Part shown: in pieces, positions 43,096 to 56,134 of the stretch
Position numbering within the stretch: position 1 is the first letter of the stretch
How the letters are laid out: the number at the start of each line of letters is the position of its first letter
Assembly: GCF_009914755.1 (NCBI RefSeq)
Contig: NC_060930.1
Length of the DNA: 64,000 nucleotides
Source: the human T2T-CHM13v2.0 reference genome, Homo sapiens
Strand: one strand, 5' to 3'
Translations under genes and position numbers: made by a program
Notes under the pieces: model-generated
The model's database searches: none
What the model was told of the DNA's origin: nothing
Seen by the model: only the letters and a program-made list of their open reading frames with translations

Positions 43096-44289
43096 CTAGC
43101 CCCATTCAGCCTTTCCTCACCCACAAAATGGGAATTCTAACAGGATGTACATGAAATTTGTAAAACACTTTATTAAGCCTACTTTGATTTTTTTCATCCA
43201 CAGCACAGTCCTATGGTTTAGTAAAGCAGGCATTTGAATCTTTGTTTTACATATGAAGAAACAGAAGCTCAGAAAACTTATGAAACTTGCTCAGATAGCA
43301 AAGCTCTTAGGTGACAATGGTGGGCTTAGAAAGAAATTGATTTCTAATCCATGCTTTTCCCACTATAACTTTACAGATGAATGACAGAAAACTACAGAGG
43401 CTTAGAGACTTCCAATCTTTGGTATTGCCTCAACTATCAAAAGATTTCTTTTGCATGCCTGCGAATATGAACTCAAGATGAGGAACAACTACAAAAGAGG
43501 CTAAGCTGATTAAATTAAATAATGCAAAATGGACCTTCCCAATGAAAAAGAAAAAGTTTAAAATTTGGCTTAATGTCTTCTTTTCATCTGGTTTTTATAG
43601 TTTCATTTGCCGAGCACATTATGTATTTTTAAAGACAACATGAAACTGCAATCATCCTTGGGAACAGGTACTGTACAATGCATTTTATTCCTTATATTTA
43701 AAAGACTGTGAGTTAACATATTTCAAACGCTGATTTTGTGTTCCCTACCATTTATCCATGACAAGAAAAATTACTTCCCCTAACTGCCATTTATTTTAAG
43801 AGAGGATAATTTTATTTTGTTCCACTACACTGAGAAAGATCTCTGTATTTCATGTTTTTCATTTTATTCCCCAAAGTAAAAGTTTTAAAGCTTCTCAGAG
43901 CATATGACTATAGCTGCAGCTTAAGGTTTTGCTGGTTGTTATATTTCTGGAATATAGTTACAACGTATAAATAATTATTTTAAAAAACAAAAGACAACCC
44001 TTTCCTGTCGGTTATAAGATCTGATTTAGTTCTGTACACCTGAATAGTGACACTTGGAAATGGAGAGAGGGAGAGGATGTTAAGATGTCTAAAAATGATG
44101 TCTCTGCTTTGAGTAATCTCTAAAAACAATCTTCTTAAACCACAATAAACATGGCCAGGTTGATGTATCATTGACCAAATGTAAGTTTGGGATGCATTAA
44201 TACATTTGTGTGACACGTTAAACATTTTTTAATGTTATTTTACCCTAGATAACAAATTTATAATAACTGATTTCTCAACATTGATTTAG

Positions 44290-44607
<318 letters not shown>

Positions 44608-44861
44608 TTAGAATTTCAATCACTAAAAAGACATATCATCATCACTGGCTACATAGAAAGGCTTTAGAAAGGACTCTTTACACTAAGTAGACAGACACAA
44701 ATGTTCCTTTTAAAAAGGACATTGTTGACTTAAAAAAAAAACACAAAACTTTCCTTTAGATATGTATTTTTGTCCAGTGCATGTTCAAAGTTATGATCTG
44801 AAACAGGCTGTTTTTATGGTGGAAAAGGAAAAGGACAAGGAAAGTTTATGCCCTTATATTA

Positions 44862-45193
<332 letters not shown>

Positions 45194-45433
45194 AAAATCT
45201 AGTTTCCAAGATCCAAATTTCCTTTACAAACATACAATATAAATGTAAAAACAAAAATAAAATTAAAAACTACAACTTTTTCTAGCAGCTAGCAAATATA
45301 CTTGATGTCTTAAAATAATACTGGGATTAGGTAGTTTTTTCTAACTTACTAATTTGGCGTTAATTGCGACCATGTTGAGGATACCCTAGACTCAACTTTT
45401 TGTGTTGGATAAATACTAAAAGATATTCCTCTC

Positions 45434-46403
45434 AAAAGAAACTATCATCAGAGTGAACAGGCATCCTATAGAATGGGAGAAAATTTTTGCAATCTATCCA
45501 TCTGACAAAGGACTAATATCCAGAATCTACAAAGAACTTAAACAAATTCACAAGAAAACAAACAACCCCATCAAAAAGTGGGCGAAGGATATGAACAGAC
45601 ACTTCTCAAAAGAAGACACTGATGTAGCCAACAAACATATGAGAAAAAGCTCATCATCACTGGTCATTAGAGAAATGCAAATCAAAACCACAATGAGATA
45701 CCATCAAATGCCAGTTAGAATGGCGATCATTAAAAAGTCAGGAAACAACAGATGCTGGAGAGGATGTGGAGAAATAGGAAAGCTTTCACACTGTTGGTGG
45801 GAGTGTAAATTAGTTCAACATTGTGGAAGACAGTATGGCGATTCCTCAAGGATCTAGAACTAGAAATATCATTTGACCCAGCAATCCCATTACTGGGTAT
45901 ATACCCAAAGGACTATAAATCATTCTACTATAAAGATACATGCACACGTATGTTTATTGTAGCACTGTTCACAATAGCAAAGACTTGGAACCAACACAAA
46001 TGCCCATTGATGATAGACTGAATAAAGAAAATGTGGCACATATACACCACGGAATACTATGCAGCCATAAAAAGGGTGAGTTCATGTCCTTTGCAGGGAC
46101 ATGGATGAAGCTGGAAATCATTATTCTCAGCAAACTAACACAAGAACAGAAAACCAAACACCACATATTCTCACTCATAAGTGGGAGCTGAACAATGAGA
46201 ACACATGGACACAGGGAGAGGAAGACCACACACTGGGGTCTGTTGGGGGGTAGGGGGCTAGGGGAGGGATAGCATTAGGAGAAATACCTAATGTAGGTGA
46301 AGGGTTGATGGGTGCAGCAAACCACCATGGCACATGTATGCCTATGTAACAAAACTGCACATTCTGCACATGTACCCCAGAACTTAAAGTATAATAAAAA
46401 AAA
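45434..46403 (+). mobile_element. 5'-truncated L1PA7/8-like (ORF2 C-terminus and 3'UTR)
   Basis: ORFs 45453..46191 are frameshifted ORF2p Cys-domain pieces. TSD aaagatattcctctc/aaagatatttctctc. Confidence 0.95.
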
Positions 46404-48943
46404 TTTTTTTTAAAGATATTTCTCTCTCTGGGCTGGGAGGCTAGCTTCATTCATTCAATCGTTAATTATCTCCTATGTGACACTGATTGTTCCAGCCACA
46501 GCGCACACTGAGAAGGAATTTCCGCCTCCTGCTAAAATGAGAGTAGGAGAGGAAGTCAAGGAATTAGGTGATTCCAATCCTAAGGTGGAGTAAATTTAAG
46601 ATGGACCTTAACACCTGCTTGGAGAAACAAGACTATTTTTGCATTATGAAAGCAAGAGAGCCTCCTGAGACACTACCCAGGAGGAAGCAAAGAGAGCCAT
46701 AAACCCCGGCATGCCACGGAGTTTGGCACACACTTGATCTCCCTAGGATGCTGGCCTGCTAAATGAATGACTGGCAAAAAGGAAGGACCAAACAAAACAC
46801 CAAAAATGTGAGAAGCAGTCCAATGAGGAAGAAGATCCTGTCCCTCCAAATTGGCAACAATTATGTGTGTAAGGGACAGAAACAATAGACTAAGGGAACA
46901 TCAGTGTAGCCTTCCAACCCTGAACTTTCTGCACACATTCCATAAGAACTTTTAAAAGGTAGAAAGAAAAAAAGGTGGGTGTCCGTAAATTAAACTTTCA
47001 CCCTGTATTTGCTTTAAGCCATGAGGCACTATGAAAATTTACATATAACTAAAAAGCTTGTTGATTTAAAAAGTTAGGCTGAGCCTTGCTATGTCTTCTA
47101 GCAGACATCTAGGTAAAAGGCCAGCAGTCCACTTACAGGATGAGAAGTACTTTAAGAGATGTGTATGTGGCAGAGGGAAGAGGACTACTGGTGCCTTTTC
47201 ATCTCTAGATGGGGCTGAAATCAAGGACCACTATAGCAGTTACTGGATCTTGATCCTATTCTTCAACAAAGCAAGTAGGTCCTACATGTGAACTTCTCCT
47301 CACTTCTTTTAGAATAACTGGACTACGGACAGCATTGTTGGCATTGGATGGTGCTATTGTAACACTGTAGTGAACAAGCAGTTCTGATGCTCCCAGTCAT
47401 ATAAAGCAAATCTAGTAACTTTACTAATGAGAGCAAACCGATGGGGCCAACATTGATATAGCAGTCTTCTGATATTACATAAAAATATATTGCCTCTGAA
47501 GCACAAAACATTTGTAAGGAAATAATTCTAGGATACCAGTATGGGTGGGTGTTAAAGCACAAGATATAAAATGGTGCTACCTCAATACATGCACACACAC
47601 TCACAAATCAAAAAGTCCCTTTAATTTCTCCTTCCTATGGAATATCTGCAGGAAGGAACCTGCAGAAGGGAACAGTGGCACTGCTGCAGCTTTGGCCTAG
47701 AGTGGTGTTTTGAAAATCACCACTGTGCTGCCCTATTGGCGACATGCCTCTGACCAAACAAGTTTATTCAGAAACAGAGTTTCTAGAGCTCAGAAATAAA
47801 GTGCTTTTCTATAGTATCAATTGAAATATTTTCAATTGTTTAAGGAGAGGTGCCTTTAGCAGCAAAACCATTTTAATATATCATATTTAAAGGAAACTAT
47901 GCCCAGTCTTACATTAAGGTTAAGAAGCATGGCTGGTGAAGAAATGGTATGCTTACAATATCAGTACAACTGGAAATCCTAGGAGGGGCCATGAACCCCT
48001 ATATTGTGGAACAAAATAGATTTCCACAGATGAATGGGTTCTGTCATTTAAACAGATTTATTTCAGTGGCAATTTTTAAATTCCTATTTTAGCTATAAAT
48101 ATTAATTCTTTTAACAGACATGCAACCAAGAAGAAAACTTGCTTCATGCAGACAAAACGCTTTCTGACCCACTGTGAAGGAAAGAGGAGGAAATAGCTTG
48201 TAAGGTTGCGACTGTGGATCCCACTAGTTATCAGTGGAAAAGTGTCATGGAAACACTATGCAGGCAGTATTGAGATACTTAACGAGTGGCCCTGAGGCCA
48301 GGGCTGCTTGTGCATGAGGGAATAATTCTGTCCAGCAGGAAGAATGGCAAAAGGTGACCTAACACATTTTTTAAGAGAAAGGGATAAAGAGGGTCATACC
48401 TGCCTTTGAAAACCATCCTGGACAATTTTATTTCACACCAGAAATAAAAAAGCCTTACTTCTATTGGTTGATATTCAACAAGTTCTTTATTGCAATTATT
48501 GAAACTTAGAGAAGTCAAGACTTATATTGCCTACTATAATTCCTGTTTAAATACGTGATTTATGATTATATGAATTATAGACAAACTTACAAAACACAGA
48601 AAGGTACACACAAAAAGAAAAATTTTGTGGCTACATCACTTAGGGATAACTACTATTAACATTTTGGATATATATTTCTAGATTTCTATTTTTCTGGACA
48701 ATTCCGTATAGCTGTTTTGTGAAATAGCGCTTCTGAAACTAAATGTAATATGTATTGTGGTAATTTTCAAATAATATTATTCTAGGATATCTTTAATTGC
48801 TGCATTATATTTTACTACACATCTGCATCACTTAAAAAAAAAAAAAGAGTAAGTGCATAACTTATTTCACCAGAGAGGAGCAGGGCTTGGGAGAGGGTGG
48901 TATTGACTGACAGTCCCAGGAAACACTTTCAAATAGTCCAGCC

Positions 48944-49121
48944 CAGTGCTTCTCAGGTGCTGTCTCTGGATCAGCATTGCTGGCCTCATTTGAGAACGTG
49001 TTAAAAAGGCAAATTACTGTGCCCACTCCAGACTTACTGAATCTAGGGGTGGGGCCTAGCAAGGGGTGTTTTAATAGGTTGTCCAGGTGATTCTGATGCC
49101 TGCTAGGTTTGAGAGCTGTTG
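48944..49121 (+). mobile_element. MER5A (a MIR follows to ~49250)
   Basis: cagtgcttctca…actccagacttactgaatc…ccaggtgattctgatgc. Confidence 0.8.
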
Positions 49122-49719
49122 ATCTAGTCCAACCATTTTATATAGCTGAGCAAACCATCCTCGAGAAGGGAATTGGATTAAAGTGACATAGCTAATTAGG
49201 CGAGGACTCAAACACAGGTCTTCTAACTCCTACTCCAGTGTCTTCATTTCTAGACCAGTGCAAACTCAAAGGTGCTGATTTGGGTGCCCAAAAATCTTTT
49301 CAAAAAACATCTGTTTCCTCTAGAAGACAATAAAATTGTCAAGGGAGAAAGAAACAAATTATATCCAGTCCTATTTCCCAATATTAATAAAGGAGCCTGG
49401 GCCCACTGTTGACAAAAGGAAAGCCAAGCCCTTTTTGTTCACGATGTAGAGACTGAAGGGGCCAATATCTCAAATTCAAATTGACGTATCATAGAAAGCT
49501 AGTCTGTTAAAAGTTAAGTGAATGAATTTTCTGGGGGGTGGGAGTTAGCAGGGACAGCTTCTGATATGCCCTGATGTGGCATATGACTAGACTGTGGCAT
49601 ATCACATATGACTACATTCTTTTCTAAATCTAGTCACTCCACATGGGTCTCCAGCAAATTTACTTGCTTAGCTCAGGTAAAGAAAATGGTCACAAATTTG
49701 GCTTCAAAAGTTGGCACCA

Positions 49720-50325
49720 AAAGTTGGCAAAGAAACTGAGTCTTCCACACATTGCTGAGGAGGGGACTATGAGAGTAGAGCCATTCGAGAAAACAGTTTG
49801 GCAGTTTATTTTTAAAACTAAACATGTAATTACTACATGACCTAACAACTGCAAATTAGGAATTTGTCCCAGAGAAATAGAAACTTATGTTCACATAATA
49901 ATCTGTACACGAATGTTTAAGGCAGCATTATTTTAATAGCCAAAACCTGGAGTCAGCCCAGGTGACTGGCTAAATTGTTGTACAGCCACACCATGGAACA
50001 CTGCTCAGCAATAAAAAGCAGCCCACTATCAATACACATGACTCGGAAGAATCTCTAGGGAATTATGCTGAGTCAAAAAAATCTCAAAAGGTTACATACT
50101 GTATCATTCCATTTACATAACATTTTTGAATTGACAAAATTTTACAAGTCAAGGACAGAGCAGTGATTGCAGGGGTTAAGGATGTTGGAGAGGGGAGAGA
50201 GGGTGTGATTATTAAAGTGCAACAGGAGGGATTCCTGTGTTGATAGAACTGTTCAGTGTCTTGACTATGGTGGTAGATACACAAACATACACAGGTGATA
50301 AAATTGTATAGAACTCAGTACACCT
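49720..50325 (+). mobile_element. Old L1 (L1MD/MC-like) 3' region
   Basis: gaaaacagtttggcagttt…ggaattatgctgagt…aaaaggttacatactgtatcattccattt. Confidence 0.8.
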
Positions 50326-50724
50326 ATCAACAGACTGTTTAAATTTTTCAGTAGTTTGTATAAGCTCTTTAGTAAATGTTAATATGTTTTTGTGCAGTGA
50401 AGAAATTAAGTGCCAAGCATGGTACCATCTCACTAAATCCTTAAAAAATCCACTTGAATTAAATATCTAATTTAATTCTACCCAAATTATAAGTGAAGAC
50501 TCAAAGGTCAGAGAAGCTAGGTAACTTTTGATCATGGCTGTAAGCTAGTAACAAGACTAGGGGTGTGAGTAGATCTCTGTCTCTGAGCTTCACATTCATT
50601 CCATCATAAAAGCTCCCTTCCATTTAATTATGGTGAGAGATAATTGCTATTGTAACTTTAATTGACGAAGGAATCCATAATCCAATTTTAAGTCAGATTT
50701 AGTGCAGTTGAAATGATGCACGCA

Positions 50725-50853
50725 TTCTTTTTTTTTTGTAGAGATGCGGTCTTACTTTGTAGCCCAGGCTGGTCTCAAACTGCTGGCTTCAAGTGATCCT
50801 CCCACCTCGGCCTCCCAAAGTGCTGGAATTAAGGGTGAGTCACCATGCCCAGC
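50725..50853 (-). mobile_element. FLAM-type Alu monomer
   Basis: T-tail plus a single monomer. Confidence 0.85.
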
Positions 50854-51709
50854 TAGCACCCCATTTTTTTGAGAAGAAAGTAGATTACTTCTTTTGGATT
50901 AGTGGTAAGGAGGAGAAAGAAGAGATAGAATGGCAAAGTAAATCCTACTCTTAAGAGAAAATAATTATTTGATTAGAGGAGAAAACTTTGGCAGAGGAGG
51001 AGAGCCAACAGGATAGATGACATATTGGCCTGAAATCTTGGGAAGGAATTTTTAAGTTTAGAAAGCTGGATACGTCACAGTAGCATAGTTGAATCAGTTC
51101 AGTAAAAACTATTATGACTTGGAATAATTAAATAACAGGTAAGTTCTGGCAAGAAAGGAATCAAAATGTAACCAGGTGCTCATTTTCTTTAGCTATTTAC
51201 TACTCAGACATTCCTTTGAAAATATACTTAAGACATGCAAATTTTAAAAAGAAAAACATGCTAATATAGCCATTTAAGAATAAATACCATTTATTTCTTA
51301 AGTCTATCGTTTGGACTTGCTGGAAATAAAGAGGGGATCGCAAAACAGTAATTAGCCTGTTTGTTTTAAAGGAGGGGTAAATAATGGCTTATGAGGAGTT
51401 TATAAACGGTCATACCACAGAGGGGAACAAGCTGAAAAGCTGAAGAGGATGCTATGTGATGTTTCACCAGAAGCCTTGGGTTTTTTACTTTTAGCCACAT
51501 GGAAGGCAAAGGGCGTTCTTTTATACAGAATTGTTCACTGAACTTTTCCAGGTCAAGGACAGTGTAGGGTATGGGACCAGAAAAAGACTCTCAGCATTCA
51601 AAGCGGTAGATTCTCCATGAGAAGCTGGAAGTCTCAGGTGGCTACCAGGAAGGTGCAGAAAGGTGAATTCTAATTGATATGAAAAGACTGGAGAATTGGA
51701 GATAAAGTA

Positions 51710-51916
51710 CAGTAAGTCCCCAGTTAATGTTGTTGATAGGTTTTTGGAAACTGTGACTTTAAGTGAAATGAAGCATAATGAACCAATTTTTTATCATCAA
51801 AGTTATAATGAAATGACATTGAAGGAAACAATATTATTCAAGGACCTGCCAAACGTCATTTTACTTAAAGTCACAGTTTCCAAGAACCTATCAACCACGT
51901 TAAACGAGGACTACTG
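51710..51916 (+). mobile_element. MER6B-like palindromic Tigger MITE
   Basis: Same 5' end as MER6 at 7493, ~60-bp inverted arms, and TA on both sides. Confidence 0.85.
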
Positions 51917-52711
51917 TACATTACACAGAGAGAAGTAAAAACAGATTAGTGTAAGAAGGCAGCAGTTTGTACACTGCTAGAGGTGGTGGGAGAGCAGAAA
52001 AATATAGGCTCTTGGGAGAGCTGAGATTGAATGCCTCCCCGACATTTACTAGCTGAATGACCTCTTGGAGCCTTAGCTCCCTCCAGTTCTGCCCACCAGT
52101 GGTTGTGGGGATTAGTAATAAAGGACATAAATGGCCTGGCAGGCCATGGCACAGATGAGGCCTTTGATAAATGGAAGAGCTTAATATTATTATACTAAAC
52201 CTAAGTGTTTCTTTTAAATATTGCTGCAGATGCATCTCTTTTGCTGTCTGCTGCTAATGAACAAATTCATGTTTAATTGTTTATTTTTAAAGGAGAAGCA
52301 TAAATGACTAATTGTGTATATAAATATCCAAGGCTTAAATAAGGCTTTTTTTCCTATGTTACCCTAAGTAACAAAACATCTACCAGTGACAGTCACTGAA
52401 ATTGCAGATATTGCATCTGAAGAAGAAACTATAAACCTATAGCATTTTCAAATATAAGAATGTAGGTTGCTTAGTGTAAAATATCACCTGGTCCTTGAAA
52501 AATAACTTGAAGCCCAGAGGCCACTGGCTGGATTGTGTAGGGGGCGTCTAAAGGTTTGTAATGGGCAACACTCCTAGGGATTCAAACCAGCACATCCTGG
52601 ATTGCTGACATAATCCACTCCTGAGAAATTCAACTCTGAATCCAGGATTAATGATTAAGCCATGGACCTTTAATATATGAAACTATTTGGCTGAATAGTC
52701 CTTTACTAATA

Positions 52712-53197
52712 CAGGCACATCTCACTTATTCTGCTTTACTTTATTGTACTTTGCAGATACAGCATTTTTTACAAATTGAAGGTTTGCAGTAACCCTGCAT
52801 TAAGCAAGTCTACTGGCCCCCATTTTTCCAACAACATGTGCTCACTTCATTTTTCTGCATCACATTTTGGTAATTCTCTCAATATTTTGAACTTTTCCTT
52901 TAATATTATACCTGTTACGGTGATCTATGATCAGTGATCACTGATGTTACTATTGTAATTATTTTGGGGCACCACAAATCATGCCCATATATAGCCACAA
53001 ACTTAATCGATAAATGTTGTCTGTTCTGTCTGTACCAATGACCAGCCGTTACCCTGTCTTTCTCCCTCTCCTAGGGCCTCCCTAACATCTCACACAAAAC
53101 AATACTGAAATTAGGCCAATTAATACCCTACAGTGGCCTCTAAATGTTCAAGTGGAAGGAAGAGCCACACATTTTTCACTTAAATCAAAAGCTAGAG
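52712..53197 (+). mobile_element. Tigger1 5' fragment, reaching the start of the transposase
   Basis: TA+caggcac…ttttacaaattgaaggtttg…gtggcctctaaatgttcaagtggaaggaagag (about ASKCSSxRKS). Confidence 0.88.
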
Positions 53198-53429
53198 AGA
53201 AAAATGTTTGGGGCAGGTTAGATCAGTGGATACTAATTTTTTCACTGCAACATACCAACAAACAAGGCCCGCAAGACACAGCTCCTTACTCAAGTCTAGT
53301 CATCCCAGCAGTCCTCCCTCCCTGTTCAAACATCTGCTTTTGTTCTCCAATAAACCCTTAACAGTAACAATCTGTAGTGTACTTAACTGGTTTTTTTTAG
53401 CTTATAAAAAATTTCAAATGTTAATATAT

Positions 53430-54235
53430 TCTCTAGTAAAGATACAACAAATCTACATACATTTATTACCCAGAAACAATGATTATGAGCTCACGGCCAT
53501 TGGTTTCATCCAAATCCCTGCCACAGACCTCTTCTGAAGCAAATCCCAGTCCTATTACTTCACATATAATTCAGTATATATCTTTAAAAGAGAAAGACTA
53601 CTATAAAAATAAAACCACAATGCCATGATCACATTTAAAATATCAATAATTCCTTAATATAACCAAATATCCTATCAGTGACCAAATTTCTCCAACTAGC
53701 TCATACATTTTTTTTTTAACAGTTGGCGTTTGTTCAAATCAGAATCCAAATGTGGTCCACATATTACAATTAATAAGTCTTTTACACTGCTTTTAATTAA
53801 TAGGTCCCTCTTCCTTCCCTTTTTCTCCATTTGCAATTTGTGTTTCAAAGAAATCAGGCTTTTTTTCTGCAGAGTTTTCCAAAGACTGAAATGTGACCAC
53901 TTTTATGCTTTTAGTGTCCTTATGAATTCATGGATTTGAAATATATTTGATATGCTTTAATCCACTGCAGTCATTCTCACTGATACTCAAACCTGCCCAT
54001 CTTTGTCAGTAAAAACCTCTTCAACTTAGAGCCTAAGTCCTTTTGACGTGATCCTAGTAGTTTATAATAATTTGATTACTTTTTCCCTCACTTATGGTAA
54101 GACAGAACTCAGTCTTGTCTTGTACATTTCTTATCTCAGACATAGAATCAGCCATTTTCCCAAGAAACATGGTTCCTTTTAGTGGGGAATGGTACTTAGC
54201 CACCACATCTGGAGATTGCCTTACTGCTTACAAAG
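53430..54235 (-). mobile_element. L1MC4/5-like 3' region, antisense
   Basis: aaaaccacaatgccatgatcaca…aataattccttaatat…gaatcagccattttcccaag. Confidence 0.65.
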
Positions 54236-55114
54236 CACTTTGAACACTTAACCTCATGTATACACATAAGACAAGCCACTCCCCTTCTGCAGGCCACTGC
54301 CTTCCCTTTTCAAAGTGCAGCAAGAAAACACCCTGCTTCAAGTGTCTTTGTATCCTATTTAGAAACAAGGTTCTAAACTACTCAGAGATGAATCTTTCTA
54401 TCTGGTTAGCTAAGTAGGACAGGCTAGAAAATACTGTCTTAAAACCATCTTAACAATCGAGTCATTTTATCGGACAAACTAAAACAAAAGAAAGTTCATG
54501 AGTCCCTCCCTTTTCCACTGTAATTAAAAGGAAATAGCTAAGCTTTATTATCAGAAAATAGGAATGGAAAAAAGGATCTTTCTAGATAGAGAACTTAATT
54601 CTTTTTAAACTAGGTAAAGACATTCCTGTATGGGTAAAAGAAAAATGGAGGGAGGAGTGAGAAATAACTGCTTCCAGAAAAAGGCTCACCACAAAACTCC
54701 CTTGGGCATGGAATTATAAAAGTGACTCACTGCCTTATGTGGGGACAGGTTCCTGCTGTTAATTTGCTTGTCAAAACTGTGGAAGGATGAGGTCGGGCTG
54801 TTGCTGTGTAGGGGCTGTAAGCACTGGAAGGCTATGCCATAGAAAATTAAAGTAGTTCTGCATACCTGTCTGGCTAATTAGGAGGAGTATTTCTAACCTC
54901 TAAGGAAAATACTCTCTAAACTCACAGGATGTTTGGAAATGGAAACAAACAAACAAAATCCAGAAGGCATGTTTCACAGTGGTTTTTATAATTTAGATCA
55001 AATTTATTCAGATGGCCAAAGGTTTCTCAGTCCCTGAGTTTCCTGTAAAACTCAAACCAATTACGGGTAGTGGTGGGGGATGTAGGAGGGGAACAGGACT
55101 CCTACAATCAATGA

Positions 55115-55845
55115 TAAAAAGCCTTAAAACAGATCCTTCACAAGAGAAGATAAAGCACATGAAAAGGTGCTCATATCATTGGTTGTTAGGGAAATGCAAA
55201 CGAAAATCATAATGAGATACCCAGAATAGTTAAATAAAAGATTGGCATCACCAAATGATGTCACTGATGAAGACACGGAACAGCCGGAGCTCTCAGACAT
55301 GGTTGCTGGGAGTGTAAAATGGCACATGCACTTTGCAAAAGTGTTTAGCAGTTTATTAGAAGTTAAATATACATCTATCCTACAACCCAGCAATTCCATT
55401 CCTAGATATGTACCTGAGAGAGATGAAAACAGGTCCACAAAAAGATTTTACCAGAATATTTACAGCAGCCTTATTCAAAACAGCCCCCAATAGGAAACAA
55501 CCTAAGTGCCCATTAACAGGAGAACTGATGAACAAATTGTGGCATATTTATTCAGTGAAATACTTCTCTGCAACAAAAAAGAATGAACTACTGATAAATG
55601 CAATAATAGGGATAAATTGCAAAAACATTATGTTAAAGTGGGAGGTCGAGACAAAAAAGAGTACATACAGTATGATTCAATTTATACAAAGTGCAAATAT
55701 AGACAAAATGAATCTAAGATGATAGAAAATAGAGACAATGGTTTTCAAAGAGGAACGATTAACTGCAAGACACCTGAAGGGAACTTTATGGGAAATGGAT
55801 ATGATCTAAATCTTCTTTTTGGATAATGGTTACATGGGTGTGTAT
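55115..55845 (+). mobile_element. L1ME/MB-like 3' region
   Basis: ORF 55408..55722 RIFTAALFKTAPNRKQPKCP…NKLWHIY is an ORF2p C-terminal remnant. Confidence 0.8.
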
Positions 55846-56000
55846 TAGTGGTTCTCAACCAGGGGACATTTGGCAATGCGTGGAGACATTTTTGGTTGTC
55901 ATAACTAGGGGAATGCTACTGGCATCTGGTAGGCAGAGGCCCGGGATGAACAGGACAGCTCTCTACAATAAAAAAAAATCCATCTTAAAATGTCAATAGT
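55846..56000 (+). mobile_element. MER20
   Basis: tagtggttctcaaccagggg…ggagacatttttggttgtca…gctactggcatct. Confidence 0.85.
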
Positions 56001-56134
56001 TGGGTACAATGTACACTATTTGGGTGACACTAATGGCTGGACTTCACCACTATACAATTCATCCTTGTAACCAAAAACCACTTGTACCTCTAGAGCTACT
56101 GAAATACGAAAATAAGAAATAAAACAAAAAGAAA
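56000..56134 (+). mobile_element. Short L1 (L1PA15/16-L1PB-like) 3' terminus with A-tail
   Basis: ttgggtacaatgtacactattt…gacttcaccactatacaattcatcc…gtaaccaaaaaccacttgtacc. Confidence 0.8.

Noticed and set aside
47130-47500. Exon-like stretches with GTAAGT and ttcAG sites
   Set aside because: No consistent acceptor-donor pair with a recognisable peptide.
52484-52625. Possible minus-strand exon and partial CTCF motif (tagggggcg)
   Set aside because: Stops in all three frames, and the CTCF match lacks its 5' half.
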